64,000 bases of DNA, taken from positions 38,228 to 102,227 of IMG/VR virus record IMGVR_UViG_3300045988_012220, one strand, 5' to 3'. The DNA is from a virus. Position numbers and translations under genes: made by a program. Under the pieces are notes generated by a model that worked only from the letters and a program-made list of their open reading frames with translations, did no database searches and was not told the origin of the DNA. This document shows, one piece after another, positions 38,001 to 50,800 of the stretch (position 1 is its first letter; every line of letters starts with the position of its first letter).

Positions 38001-41000
38001 ATCCTAGCTTTACTTATTTCAACAAGATTAAGTCATTTCTTGCTACATTTGATGGCGAGTTTATGAATAGCCTTGTTGGTAATAAGAGCTTATAGAGATT
38101 CTGGAGTACAGTTATAAATGACTAGCTTAAGTTCTTGGCTGATAATGCAAAGAATGTACAGAAGACTAACACAGCTCTTGATAATGCGCTTACTGATACT
38201 ATTTATGATGCAGAAGACTTTATTAGAGAATATAATCAGAGATTCCCTGTGGATCCAAACATTGATGATATACTTGATGCAAACAGCGCGTAGAGTATCA
38301 ACATGATTGACGATCAATGGAGAGAACTGTATAGTGATACTACTAAGCACTTCCCTGCATTCAGAGCTAAACTTGATCCACATTACTTCTCTATAGCACT
38401 TGATCCGCATTTGATTTATCCAGACGCTTCTGGGAAATCTGGTAATGCTGAGCTTATATGGAGAAATAATGAAGTATAGCTTAAGCTTACAGACTCTAAG
38501 GGAAGAACGATCTTTATGACATTTGATCAAGGTAATGATGCTGGTCCTAGAGGTGTCGATCCAGTATATTTTGCTAGAAAGAAAGCTGCAGATTCTGTGT
38601 TTGTATAGAAAGTTAAGTATATGCTCGACTTTATGAAAACGCATCCAGGATACCATATAAGCATGAAATTAAGCCGTTCTAAGGGCTCAATTAAGAACGG
38701 TGGAGAATTATAGCCTGTAAGTAAATTCTTATTCGCAGGAACGCTTAATTAGCATGATTTGTACAATATTACATGCGATGCTGGTAATAGAATAGGTTTC
38801 CTTAAGGCTACGCAAAACGTAAACACCGGTGACGTAACGAAGATGGTATATGGTGGTCCAGAGCTGTCAACTTTAATTAGCGGATTTGATCTTGAATATG
38901 TAAAACGTACAGCTATAACACAATCTGGTAATATCGTATACTTCTACGATACTGGTCAGACTGAGAAGACTGTAGATAATAGATGCATTGGCACACCATT
39001 AATATAGCCTAAGTTTACAGCTGGCCAAGGCGGTTAGGCTAATAAGATTGCAGACCTTATATGGTATAAGTGTTATCAAGGCTTAAATGAGTATCAAGGT
39101 TATTCTATAGATGATTTACTTAAGTAGGTTCTTTATATTAAGGCTGATAATAAAGTATTAAATGAGAAATATAACTCAATAGAAGGTCTTGTTACATTAG
39201 ATCCAGCTAACAAGAGAGTTATTATAGGCAATGTCATTTACCCTACATAGAACCCTAGTGTAGACTACGCTAATATCTATAACGCGCTGTGTAATATGTA
39301 TATGACAAAAGACGCCGCATTTGTTCAGTAGAACATGCAGCAGTATATATAGTCATCACATAATAGTGTATTAGCTAAGCTTAACGCACAATATGCATCA
39401 GACCCTAATCTTGATAAAGTGGAACTTCCAAATGGTCTTACGTTTACAAGAGAAGACTTTACTCACGACGGTAAGGGTACAACTGGTCTTGGTTATATGT
39501 TGCGCAACGGTTATTTAATGTCGTACGCAGCTAAGTTGGAGCCACCTACAGTATATGTAGACAACGTAGAGCTTGTGCAAGATCATCCGGACGAAAGTGC
39601 TCAGCAAGTGTCTAAAACAGTTGCTAAACAAGATGTTCAATAGCAACAAAAGTAGGCTGAAGACACATTTATGGCTTTGTTCTACGAACAAGATTTAAGT
39701 GAGTTTTATGGACAGAAAGAAAAACCTTCGTTTGCTAACGCTGTTGATGAGTGGGTTAGAAAAACCACTGGCATTACTCCACAATGGGTTGAAAACGAGA
39801 GGTTATCTGACGTGGCCTACAAAAAGAATAGTGCAGTACTCGCTAAATGTACAGACGCTGTTATTCAAATATCTAATTCTGTTCCTTACACTATTGGATT
39901 CCACGAAGGATTCCACAGAGCGTTAGAACTACTTGTAGAGCCATCTATTAGAGAATAGATGTATTCAGCATACAGAAAAGCTCACCCAGAAGCTGCCACA
40001 GAAAGAGACGTGGCTGAAGGTTTAGCTGACTTATTTGTTGATTATATGCTTGGCACAAAAGATGCTAACGCCATAAAGAAACAAGGATGGATTAAGAGAA
40101 ATGTAAAGAAAGTAGCTAACAGATTAAGCATCTTATGGCATTATAGAAACAATGCTAAAACAGTTCTTACTTTGTTCAATGATATCAAGTCTGGGAAATA
40201 TGCAGATAAATAGGTAAGTAAAGAACAGTAGGATAGGTTTAAAAAGCTGTTTGGCGAAGACTTGCATTATGAAATAAATGGACGCAAATTCGATCATATA
40301 GGATCAGCTGCCGAGAAAGAGCATATGGCTAGAGCTCTTGGATATATTATAGTAAAGTCAGCTAAAGATGCTACGGATATATATGATGCTGTACATGACT
40401 CTTCTGAACTTCCTATCAAATATATACCAATGAGAGTTATAAATAACCTTATTGGCGAGCCTGGTTCTGTTAAGCCTGTTCTGAATGGATAGTATATGTC
40501 TGTGAATTCGGTTACTCCTACACAGCAAGCGTTTAGAGAAGTGTTTTACGAAGAGTTAAACGATAAAGGTAACATTGTATTCCCTAATTTCTCAGCTATA
40601 TCAAAAGAGGTATAGAAGTATCTTACCGAAATAATGGATGCTTATGACGGCAAATATCAGCATGATGACGATTCTGAGACAAGTGACCAGGAAGAGAATG
40701 ATTATGGAAAGTCTATCGAAAGATACGATAAATCTGCATTCGAGTTCAATAAACTTGATTCTGTAAGTAAACCAGTAAAAATGTTCTTTGCCACAATACC
40801 TTACTACAAGTTTAATGATAATGGCAAACTTACACTTGATATATCTAAGAATATATATGGTATTCCTACATTTATGCCTATTAAGTAGGTATTTAATGTA
40901 ATTGTTAGCAAATTACATGATGTTAAAACACCTTTAGACTTATTAAATAGACTACAAGAGCTGTCTACGTAGAATCCTATGTACATGGCGATCTATTAGA

Positions 41001-44000
41001 AGTATAATGATCTATACAATTCTATATATACATTTAACGACGATGATTAGCTTGAAAAGATAGACTTCGATAAAGAGGCGTTTATGATACAGATATTTAC
41101 AGCTATCAAGGGTCACGAGCATAACTTTATTATTGGTAGGTCTATACGCGATAAGAATGGAGGCGTAGAAGTTAAAATATCTGATGCAAACTTCGATAGA
41201 GACGCAAGAATGTACCCTAAGCTTTGGAATTCATTCTTATCTTCTGGCCAATCTGGCTTATTATAGAGATCAGTTGGGTAGAATGGACAATTACTTCTTT
41301 CTACAAAGTATAACACAAATAATACTTAGGTAGATATGCCTACAACTGTAGCAAGAAATGCATTTAGATTTATATCTCAATTTTTCTCTGATTTACAGTC
41401 GTAGATACTGAATGATTCTACTAGCGAATTTAAGATAAACGGAAGAATTAGAAGCGCAGCGTCTAATAGTGATATCGAAGTACTTAAGGATGATATATGT
41501 AAAGAATTTAATATGCTTGGCATAAACTTTACTAAAGAAATGCTCGACCATATGCTGTCTACAAAGTATAATGGTGTTGGTAGAGAGGCTCTTAAGAAAT
41601 GGATTACATCAACAGGCGTGTCTAACATTAACAGTTTTATTGATGCCGTAGGTAAAGTTGTGCAAACTAATGGTTATACAACATAGAAGGCTATAGACTA
41701 GATATTTAAGACTGGTTTTGTTAGCGAATTAGGTAACTGGGCTGGAGCTTACATGAAGATTACTACAGATAAGATGTCTAATGGTATGGATGGTACTAAG
41801 CTGTATAATGAGTCACAGAACAATAGCATTAGCAATACTACAGAGAATCTTAATAGCCACGATAAGAATAATATGGTAGTAAGGACTATTTTGTAGTCTA
41901 GCTACAATATCATGAACAACAATGGTGTAAATATGGGTTCTATTGTAGCAAAGCAATTACAGAACGGAGAAGATTTCAATATTAGTATTTATACTCCTAT
42001 TGGCTTTAAGTCTGATAATCGCGGTGACAATGGCTCAAAATATAGTAATCTTGCAGAAGCCGAAGATTATATCAATAAGTTCGCAATGCTTTAGAACGGA
42101 TACTGTATATTCCCAACACTTGCCGACAAAGGTACATATATGGTTCTTGGTGGTATAAATATCCCAGGAATGGAGTTTGGGCAGTCAGATAATGGTGTTT
42201 ATACTGTATCTGGTGCTCCGAAGATGGTATTCTTAGATAGTACGCACTATTACTTACAGCCTAATCAATCTGTATTAAACTAGTTTATTGACTATGCTTA
42301 TACAGAGCGTGAAGCTATACTTGATTGTAGAGAACAACTTGGCTTACCTGTAGATAATCCTAAAGGTTTACCAGTACTTAATGATGAAGATAAGATAATG
42401 AATTATCACATCGGTAAGAAAGGGAAATAGCCTGGCGGTATTCAGTTTAAATCACTTACAACACTTAGAGTGTATGAAGATGGATAGATTAAACGTTACG
42501 AAATAAGCAAGATGTCTCCTGATGAATAGCTTAAAACTCTTAATGAGCAATTCTTCGACAGATCTAGAGAAGAGCAAGAATAGATAATGTCATTAACTCT
42601 TTAGGAGCAATATGAGAACGAAGTAGATAAAGCTGTTAGTCTTGGCATTGTTTCAAAGGATGAAAAGCTTGGTTATCTTGGGCTTAATAACATTAACCTC
42701 AATCAGAGCCAAATAGACGCCGTAGAACGCACTTTGTACGCTCAGATGTATAAGGATCTCACAGATAAAGGAATAACACCTAATACGCAAAATTTGCAGC
42801 GTACAGCACATAGTATGGCTATTACTGCTATATTACAAGATGCAACGAATAGAGCTATTATTTCATCTGAGGAAAGTTTGAGATTATATATCGGTAATCC
42901 TGGGTTCTTTAAGAATGTAGAAGATATTCAGAAACGTATTGGCGGTCTTGTATCTACTGGTGATGACAACGTTACATCTTTGTCAAATTACGACGGATCA
43001 GATGGAGAGCTTTATAGATGTGCTGAAATATCAGATTATGAAGTAGCTTCAAATGCTGATATTATGAGCGAACTTCAAGAGAAGATGCGCGATGGTGAGC
43101 TTAGAGAAATTTATGGAAACCGTTACGGATTTAAAGGTGTTGACGATTTAGATATCGGTGCAGTAAGAGCTAGACTTGTAGATGACTTTGGTGAAGATGC
43201 TGTTAAGAAAATAGAAACAAGAGCTAATAACTTCTATGAAGCCTATACGTGCGGCATAAATGTAGCTGATGGTGCATCTTATATTACAGCTGATATGTGT
43301 AAAAGAATGCTTAGAGCTAGAGGTGCATTAACAAACGACGTAGCTAAGGCTATTAACATTCTAGAAAGCTCTAATAAATACTCTTGGATGGACCAGAAAG
43401 ATGCATATAAACTTATATATGATAAAGTAAATCTTGTAACAACCAAGTATACCGCTTATGGATTTAGGGACCATACAACTAATGGGAAGAAGGTTTCTAA
43501 CTTAGCTGTACCATACTACAATAAGTTTGCATTGTTCCCTATATTCGATTGTATAGCTACTGGTAAGCTTAAGAATGTGTATGATAAGATGAAGGAAAGT
43601 AAGGTTGATAATCTTCTTATGACGTCTGCCGTAAAGGTTGGTCTACAAGGTCATTCTGAGTTCGATGGTAATACTATTAGCAAGCCGCTAAATGTTTATA
43701 CACAGAGACTTTCTGCGCTCCGCAGGCAGCTTAATACAGACCCAGAGGAAGGTGATGTTGTAGCAGCTGGTACACAGATGATTAAGGTTTGCTTGTCTAG
43801 TTTGCGACTCGATAGAATGTATGGCGATATGACTGGAGAATAGCTTAGAGATAAGCTTATGGGCTCTATCAATAAACTTTCTAAACTTGGTGTAGATAAG
43901 TTTAAAGACAGATTCTATTCTAATGGTATTATAGACCAAAAGAAGCTTAGCGAATATCTTATAGAACAACTTGGTACAAGAAATGCTAATAAGAATCTTA

Positions 44001-44500
44001 TAGACGCTCTTACGTATAATCCATAGACATGCTCAATGAATGCGCCTATTGCGTCTACTGCTGATGCAAGTTGGATGGAGTCTATGCTTATATCTGCAGC
44101 TAATAAAGATATTATTGACATCATGACTCCTGGTAGCTCATTTATTCAGAGATCAGTCTTTGCTATAGAAGGTAAAAATGGCGAAGGTAATATATAGGGA
44201 CAGGAGATCTATAATGGTAAGAGATTATAGATGATAAATAAAGAGGGCTCTATGGATGCAGTAATATCTATAGATTACTTCCAGGATATTCTTCCGAAAA
44301 ACTTGTCTTACAACGAGGCTAGACAATGGCTCTTGGATCATAATATAATTGGAGAAAGTGCTACATCTAATACGATCGGTTATCGTATTCCTACACAGGC
44401 TCAGTCATCTATACATGCTTTACGTTTTGTAGATGTTGTACCTGCTGTCAAATCCACGGTAATACTTCCAACTGAGTTTACCAAGATCACTGGTTCGGAT
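32057..44500 (+). CDS. giant virion-RNA-polymerase-type protein, exon 1 (4,148 codons)
   Basis: ATG 32057. All track ORFs from 32993 to 44231 (16 of them) share frame 2. A line-by-line scan found no in-frame TAA/TGA, only TAG. It contains HEGFH (39902-39916). The exon ends …EFTKITGSD at 44500, where the intron-like sequence begins. Confidence 0.75.
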
Positions 44501-44761
44501 AAACTATATCAATGTTCAAACCAGTATAATATAAAAAACTCCTTTAATTGCTGGGAACTCCATATCAAGTGGACAATCAGCAGCCAAGCCCATTATGGGA
44601 AGGTTCAACGACTATCGAAATCATAGTATAAGAGAAACACTTATACGAAGAAGAGAGTAGAGTACACGAAAGTGGAAATGGGGAGCTTTTAGTATATGGT
44701 AATAGTATACTAATTGAAGATATAGTCTGATCTCATTGGTAACAATGAGTTAACAAAAATG
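44501..44761 (+). ncRNA. group I self-splicing intron (261 nt, no ORF) in the giant RNAP-type gene
   Basis: It shares gttcaacgactatc and gaagatatagtctgatctcat plus a ctcat...atgag hairpin with the capsid-gene intron, and ends in aaaaatg. In-frame TAA 44711-44713 blocks read-through. The exons join in frame as …ITGSD|FDIDHLY…. Confidence 0.7.
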
Positions 44762-47700
44762 TTTGATATCGACCATCTTTATTTAGCACGTTATAACGTT
44801 AATGAGAGTGGTGGTTATGAATTTGATCCAGAAAGTGCAGAAGGATTACAGAATAGTATTATCGAAAGCATTCTTACAGTACTTAAGGATAAAAAGTCAC
44901 TTAACATCTTGTATAAGTCTATCGATAATGATACTGAGCTTGTAACAAGCATAGCTGATGAAATCCCAGAACAGGGTAATACGAAGAGTGTAGCATACAA
45001 CTTTGGTACATTACATGAATAGGTTACTCGTAAAAATGACTACATTACAGGTAAGACTGGTATCGGTCCATTTGCGTTGAATGTAACAAACCATATTCTT
45101 ACAACATTATATGGCGTTAAATTTAAAGAGTCTAGCTTTACACAAATAACAGGTATTACTGGTTTTGATTAGATTCTTGACGAAGATAATAATCAGATTT
45201 CATCTTGGTTATCAGCATTTATTAATGCCCACGTAGATATTGTGAAAGATCCATATATATCTAAGCTTAATGTAAACGGATTTACGTACAATATGATTAA
45301 CTTGCTTGCTAGAAATGGCAAGGGTAAACAAGGTCTTTATTTCTTGTGTTAGCCTATAATTAGAGAGATGGCTAAAGCTGATATAGATACTAAGTCTCAG
45401 TTTACTAGAGATCCTAAGGTATTTAGATCTGCTTTCGAAATGAGGGATAAGAGATTAGCTGAAATATTCCCTAGCGTTACCGGTAAGACAATAGACGATT
45501 AGTATATTAAAGATGCTACAGAACTAAATAAATCTAAAGGCGAACCTGCTAGAAGGGCTGAGATAGTGAACTCTGTACTCAACAATATGGATATGCTTTA
45601 GAAGATAGCTAAGAATCCGGATTTAGTCTATGCTTAGACAGAAGAGGGAGAAAAAGCTAGAGCTTTCTAGGTTAATTGCTACATAGCATGGAAGTGCCTT
45701 GAAAAGTATTCTAATGCATTAAATAGTTTGGTACAGTACACTAAGATTGACACTCGTAAACAGGGTAAGAATTTCCTTGAAATGCAAGCTTATCTTAGAG
45801 GTTATGAGAATCTTACAAACCCAGAAACTGATTAGCTGTTTGATATGGATTCTATCAACAATCTTATACATGGTACTTGGATTGAGCAGAAAACAAGAGA
45901 CGCTATTCAAGAACCCATGAGAGTTATGGCTGGACAATCATTCTAGGGTACACCTTAGTTTATGGAGTAGCTTATCAATTTATCCGACGACTTTAAGTAT
46001 AAAACAAACGACAGAGAGTCTGATTTACTTAGAAATGCTAAGACTATGAAGAAAATATCATAGGCTGCTAGTAGTTAGATTAAGGCTAGATATGCTGTTA
46101 GATTAGCTAAATCTTTAGGTATTGATATTAAAGGTTTGTTCGACGGGAATGCTACAATATTTGACAGACTTAATTCTATATAGGCTTGCATACAGAGAGA
46201 TGCATATGGTTTAGGTAGATTAAAGGATAATTATCTATTATCGCATCTCGCTCCATATATTTAGGATTAGGATGTTTTCGTAAATGGAAAACTTACCAAT
46301 AAGCCTAAATTTATAAGTGTTATTAATAGTATGGATGAAAGTAAAATGTCTGCTGATATGTTTATAGAGTCTTGGGAAGAACTTCTCAATGACCAATAGG
46401 CTAATGTAAGAAGATTTGCAAATGATCTTATATTGTATGCAATGCTTACATCTGGTGACACAAAAGGCTTTAATAAAATAGCCAAATACATTCCTATGAG
46501 TTGGCTTGAAGTTAGACACGATGAGAGCACCGTACCATTCTCTGATTATATTAGGGAACAACTTGAGGCTCCGGAAATTGATCACGATCTTATAGCTTAG
46601 AACAACTATATGGATAGCGATTTGGTGAGCAGGGCTACATTCAAAGATTACTATTATGCTTTCAATGCTTAGTACTCTCCTGCTGTAATAATTAGTAAGG
46701 ATTCTCACGAACACGACGCTTTGTATATATCAGTACGAAATGATGGAGCGGTATATAGTGATCCAACGTCGTACACATTGTATAAAAAGGTTGGAGAAGC
46801 TATGATTAATGGATCCAAACGTGCTGTATATGCGTTATTACCTAAGAGGGGATGGTCCGATAGAGATGGTCTTAATATATACGAAGCAGGTGATATTAAT
46901 CTTAGTGTAAATGGCATTCCTATGAGTCAAGAAGTCATTGAAAGTCAGCTTGATAAACTTATGACTTACTTGAGCCAGATGAAGCCAAATATTACTGACG
47001 AGTAGCGCAATAACTGGATGTCGTGGTTTAATTAGATGTATTACAATGCTAATTCAGAATATCCTACAATATCACAAGCTGTAGAGCAGCAAAGCACACA
47101 AAGTGTTAGTAATATTAATCTTGATGGCAAAGGCCCTTCTGGATAGACTGTGTACATAAGCAAATAGTTATTCTATAAAGATTAGCCTCAACAACACCCA
47201 AATGTACAGTACGTGTTCACAGATAATGCTTAGTCTTATGCTAAGGCGCAAGGTTTACCTATGCAAGGTTTTGCTAATTATAACCCAGTATTAAATGTAA
47301 GTTCTGGCGCCACTGGTACAAATCAAGCTTGCATTAGAACTGGCAGCGACGGAAAGATTACACCTAACGCGTTTGGTCTTGTAGTAAAAGTTAATCAGCA
47401 AGATGCTTCTGGCAGATGGCTTGCTAAAGATGGTTGTTTCTAGGATAATCAAGGCGACATAATGGCGTTTAAGTCGTGGGTTAACCATATGCTTGCAAGA
47501 ATAGATAGAAATAAGCCAATAGTATTCCCATCATAGATAGCTCTTGGTAAAGCAGCTTTGCCTAGAGAGGCTGCAGAATGGCTTAGTTTACAATTGCTGT
47601 CAAGATTTAACATAAAATCAACAGTTTAGGAAAACACTAAAACTGGTTATACTGGCTATGGATTGTCTATAGAAGGCGTTGTGGATGATAATTATGCTAA

Positions 47701-47812
47701 CACACTAATTAAAGAAGAGTAGTAGAAGTAGGCTTTAGCATAGATTAATCTTACTAAGGAAGATATAGAAGAAGCTGAAAGAATTAGAAAACATTGCAAA
47801 GGAGGTAAATAA
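44762..47812 (+). CDS. giant virion-RNA-polymerase-type protein, exon 2 (1,016 codons plus TAA)
   Basis: It continues frame 2 through track ORFs 44759-45022, 46721-47005 and 47261-47443 to TAA 47810-47812. Only TAG interrupts the frame (checked). The spliced product is 5,164 aa with about 126 TAG codons. Confidence 0.75.
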
Positions 47813-50800
47813 TGAAAGAAATATGTCCTAATTTACATAATAAACAAGTAGCCAAAGAGTTTGGTGAATTAAAAGATTTGTTCGGTGAGGATACTGCGTA
47901 TTTACTCTGGAGCAAAAATAATGGATATAGTATAGATAAGGCACCAAATGGCGCCGACTCTATATTATTTGGAGAGTTGCTGAACGTTACCAATGGAGAT
48001 AGAATATAGGCTCTTATATTAAAAGCCAAAGTTTATTCAAACGAATTCCTTAACTGGTTTGGTGACTGGACATCTGAAGATAAAGAAAACGTATCTAAAG
48101 TTGTAGATAAGAATGGAGAGCCGTAGGTTACATATCACACAGTAAGCCCCGACCACTATTCTAATTTTAAGAAGTTTGACACAAATATCGAGGGGTTTAA
48201 AACAGCTATATATCATACAGATAGTATAGAGATGTCTATATCATATAATAAATATAAAGCAGAGAATTACGAAGAAATCAAAGACTATGATATAAGTACA
48301 TATAATACATATGTAGAAACAGCCAACAAGGAAATATTTGAAGCATTAAACGATATTAATAAAGATGATTTTTTAGACGAACGTAATTATGATTGGTTTC
48401 TAAAAAAGAAAGAAGAATTTTTATACTATATCAAAAACAAAGAACTAGGTAAAGCTGACGATATTCTTAAATCTTTTCGTGGTTTGCTAAAACAAAATAA
48501 AGAAACATTTGTTCTTATTGGCGACCCATTTAGTGACAAAGAACCTGATTTTGATACTTTTTATCAAACGAAGCTAGATGAATTAGAGCGGAGTTTTTAT
48601 ACTTTATATGATGCTGAGAAGAATTATAATCCTTATTATATAGAAAGAAAACTACAAACCCAAACATTCGATTATACTAAAATTGATTTTCTTAATATAA
48701 AGAATCCAAAAATAATTGATGCTAAAGGAAATAATTGGAACCACATTCCTGTTGGAAATAACAAGATTTTATCAACTAGAGATTTAGAGAAGTCGTATAT
48801 TACAACAAATTATTCTGATGCAGAAATAGCCGATTCTAGAGCAGAACTTTATATTAGATACAAAAATAAAGATTTCTCTAAATTCAATCTATATGGTATT
48901 ACTATTAGTATAAATAAAAACGGAGATGCTAATTTTTACACAAGAGACAATGTTATTACTATAAAAGGGTATTTGGACTTAGATACAAATCAGATAAAGT
49001 AGGAATATTAGAAAAACAACATATATTTTTATAATCAGGATTTTCATCGCGATGGCGTTATTATTAATAATGTTACTGATTACGGATCTCCAGTTGGGGA
49101 GTTATTACCACATACGGTATACGAATGCATTGATAATTCTCAAGTGAAATCCGCATTTAACAATGGACAGTTTGCTAATCCAGATGACATGTATGCATCT
49201 TCTCAAGGAGAATCCAATATGGGCGCATCCTCTAGATTATCTAATATTCCTAGTAAAGGGGATATATCTATATTGTAGCAGTATTTAAAGTCTCATAAAA
49301 GCGGTGTATCTAGTACAGCTTTAAAGCTTGTAATGACTGCTGTAAATAGATACTTTAATGATAAATAGACTGGAGTTACATACGAAATAGTAGATAACCT
49401 TCCTGGCGGAGAAGCAGCACATTATGATAGAGTTAACAAGGTTATTCGTATAAATAAGAATGCAAACTTTAGAAATGAAAGCAAATCTACTGCACCTGAA
49501 GTATAGACTATTGTTCACGAAATGCTTCATGCTGTTACAGAGTATGCGATTAGTAACGATTCTAGGATAAGGAAATCATTTACAGACCTCTACTAGAAAA
49601 CAAAGAAAGTTCTTGGGAAAGATGCGTAGGACTACGGTTTGAATGATGTATATGAATTTGTAGCAGAACTTAGCAATGCGCAATTTGTAGAAAAACTAAA
49701 GTCTATACAATATAATCGTAAACAAACGCTGTTTGAAAAGATTAAACAGACTATAAAGAAAATATATTCTTAGATATTTACAAGCTATAAAGACTTTATT
49801 GGTTCAGATAATGTGTACGAAGCTGCTGTTAACGATTTGTTTACAGTTATGTCTCACAACGAATAGAAGGAAGACAATATAACTGATAAAGAAGCTAAAG
49901 ACAGATTAGCTTCAATACAAGCTTCTGAAGACAAGGTTAATCAGATACATCATAGAATAACTGAGCTTTTCCAAGGGTTGTATAAGGACTATAAAAAATA
50001 GCTTAATAAGGGTGCCAATAGACAGCGTAGAGAAGACTAGGTGTGGTCTACAATATAGGAACTTAAGTCACAGGAAAAGAAAGAGTCTTCAAGAATAGCT
50101 ATACAATCTGCTTTAAAAACTATTGGTGTGTTCGCAAGAGATCCAATTAATAATACTATTTTGCAGGCTCGTAGAGATACTATTTTAGGCTTCTTGTAGG
50201 AATGCTAGAAGAATAATTTCGATAGCCTCACAGCTGAATAGATACACGATATGAAGTCTAATATTATAGACTTCTACAACGATCTTGTCAAAACATTGTC
50301 TGATAACTAGATGGATCTGGATGCTAGAGATCAAGCTGACGTCGATACGCTTAATGCCACTGTAAGACAGATTAATCAATTATGGAAAGATGCTGCACAA
50401 ATTGTAGCAGACAAAATAGTCGATGAAAATGTAGATAAATACATCAATGAATCTGAAGAAGAGAAGAATAAGATAAAGACTGTAGCTAAAGACTGGCTTC
50501 ATAAGAATGATATGTATGGAGACGAATCTAAACTTACATTATTCTTTAATTACTCTAGATAGAACAGTCCTATTATTCGCCAAGCGTTCTAGATGATATA
50601 GGATGCTGATCAGTAGACTAGAAAAGAGTCTCTACCGGTTATGTAGTAGATAGCAAAAGCTTTTGATAAAGCTAATTCCATCATAGATGATCTTACTCCA
50701 GGAAACTGGTAGACGATGTTGATGGAAAGGTATACAGACGGTCCTAAGAAAGGAGAGTTTACAGGCTTGTTTAGATCAGCTGTTAATAGAGGTTAGTTTA

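Noticed and set aside
32993-47443. Treating the roughly 20 ORF fragments between 32993 and 47443 as separate small genes or as a decayed pseudogene array.
   Set aside because: All fragments share one frame. Only TAG separates them, never TAA or TGA (scanned). The same pattern holds for every + strand gene. Random decay would produce all three stop codons and frameshifts.
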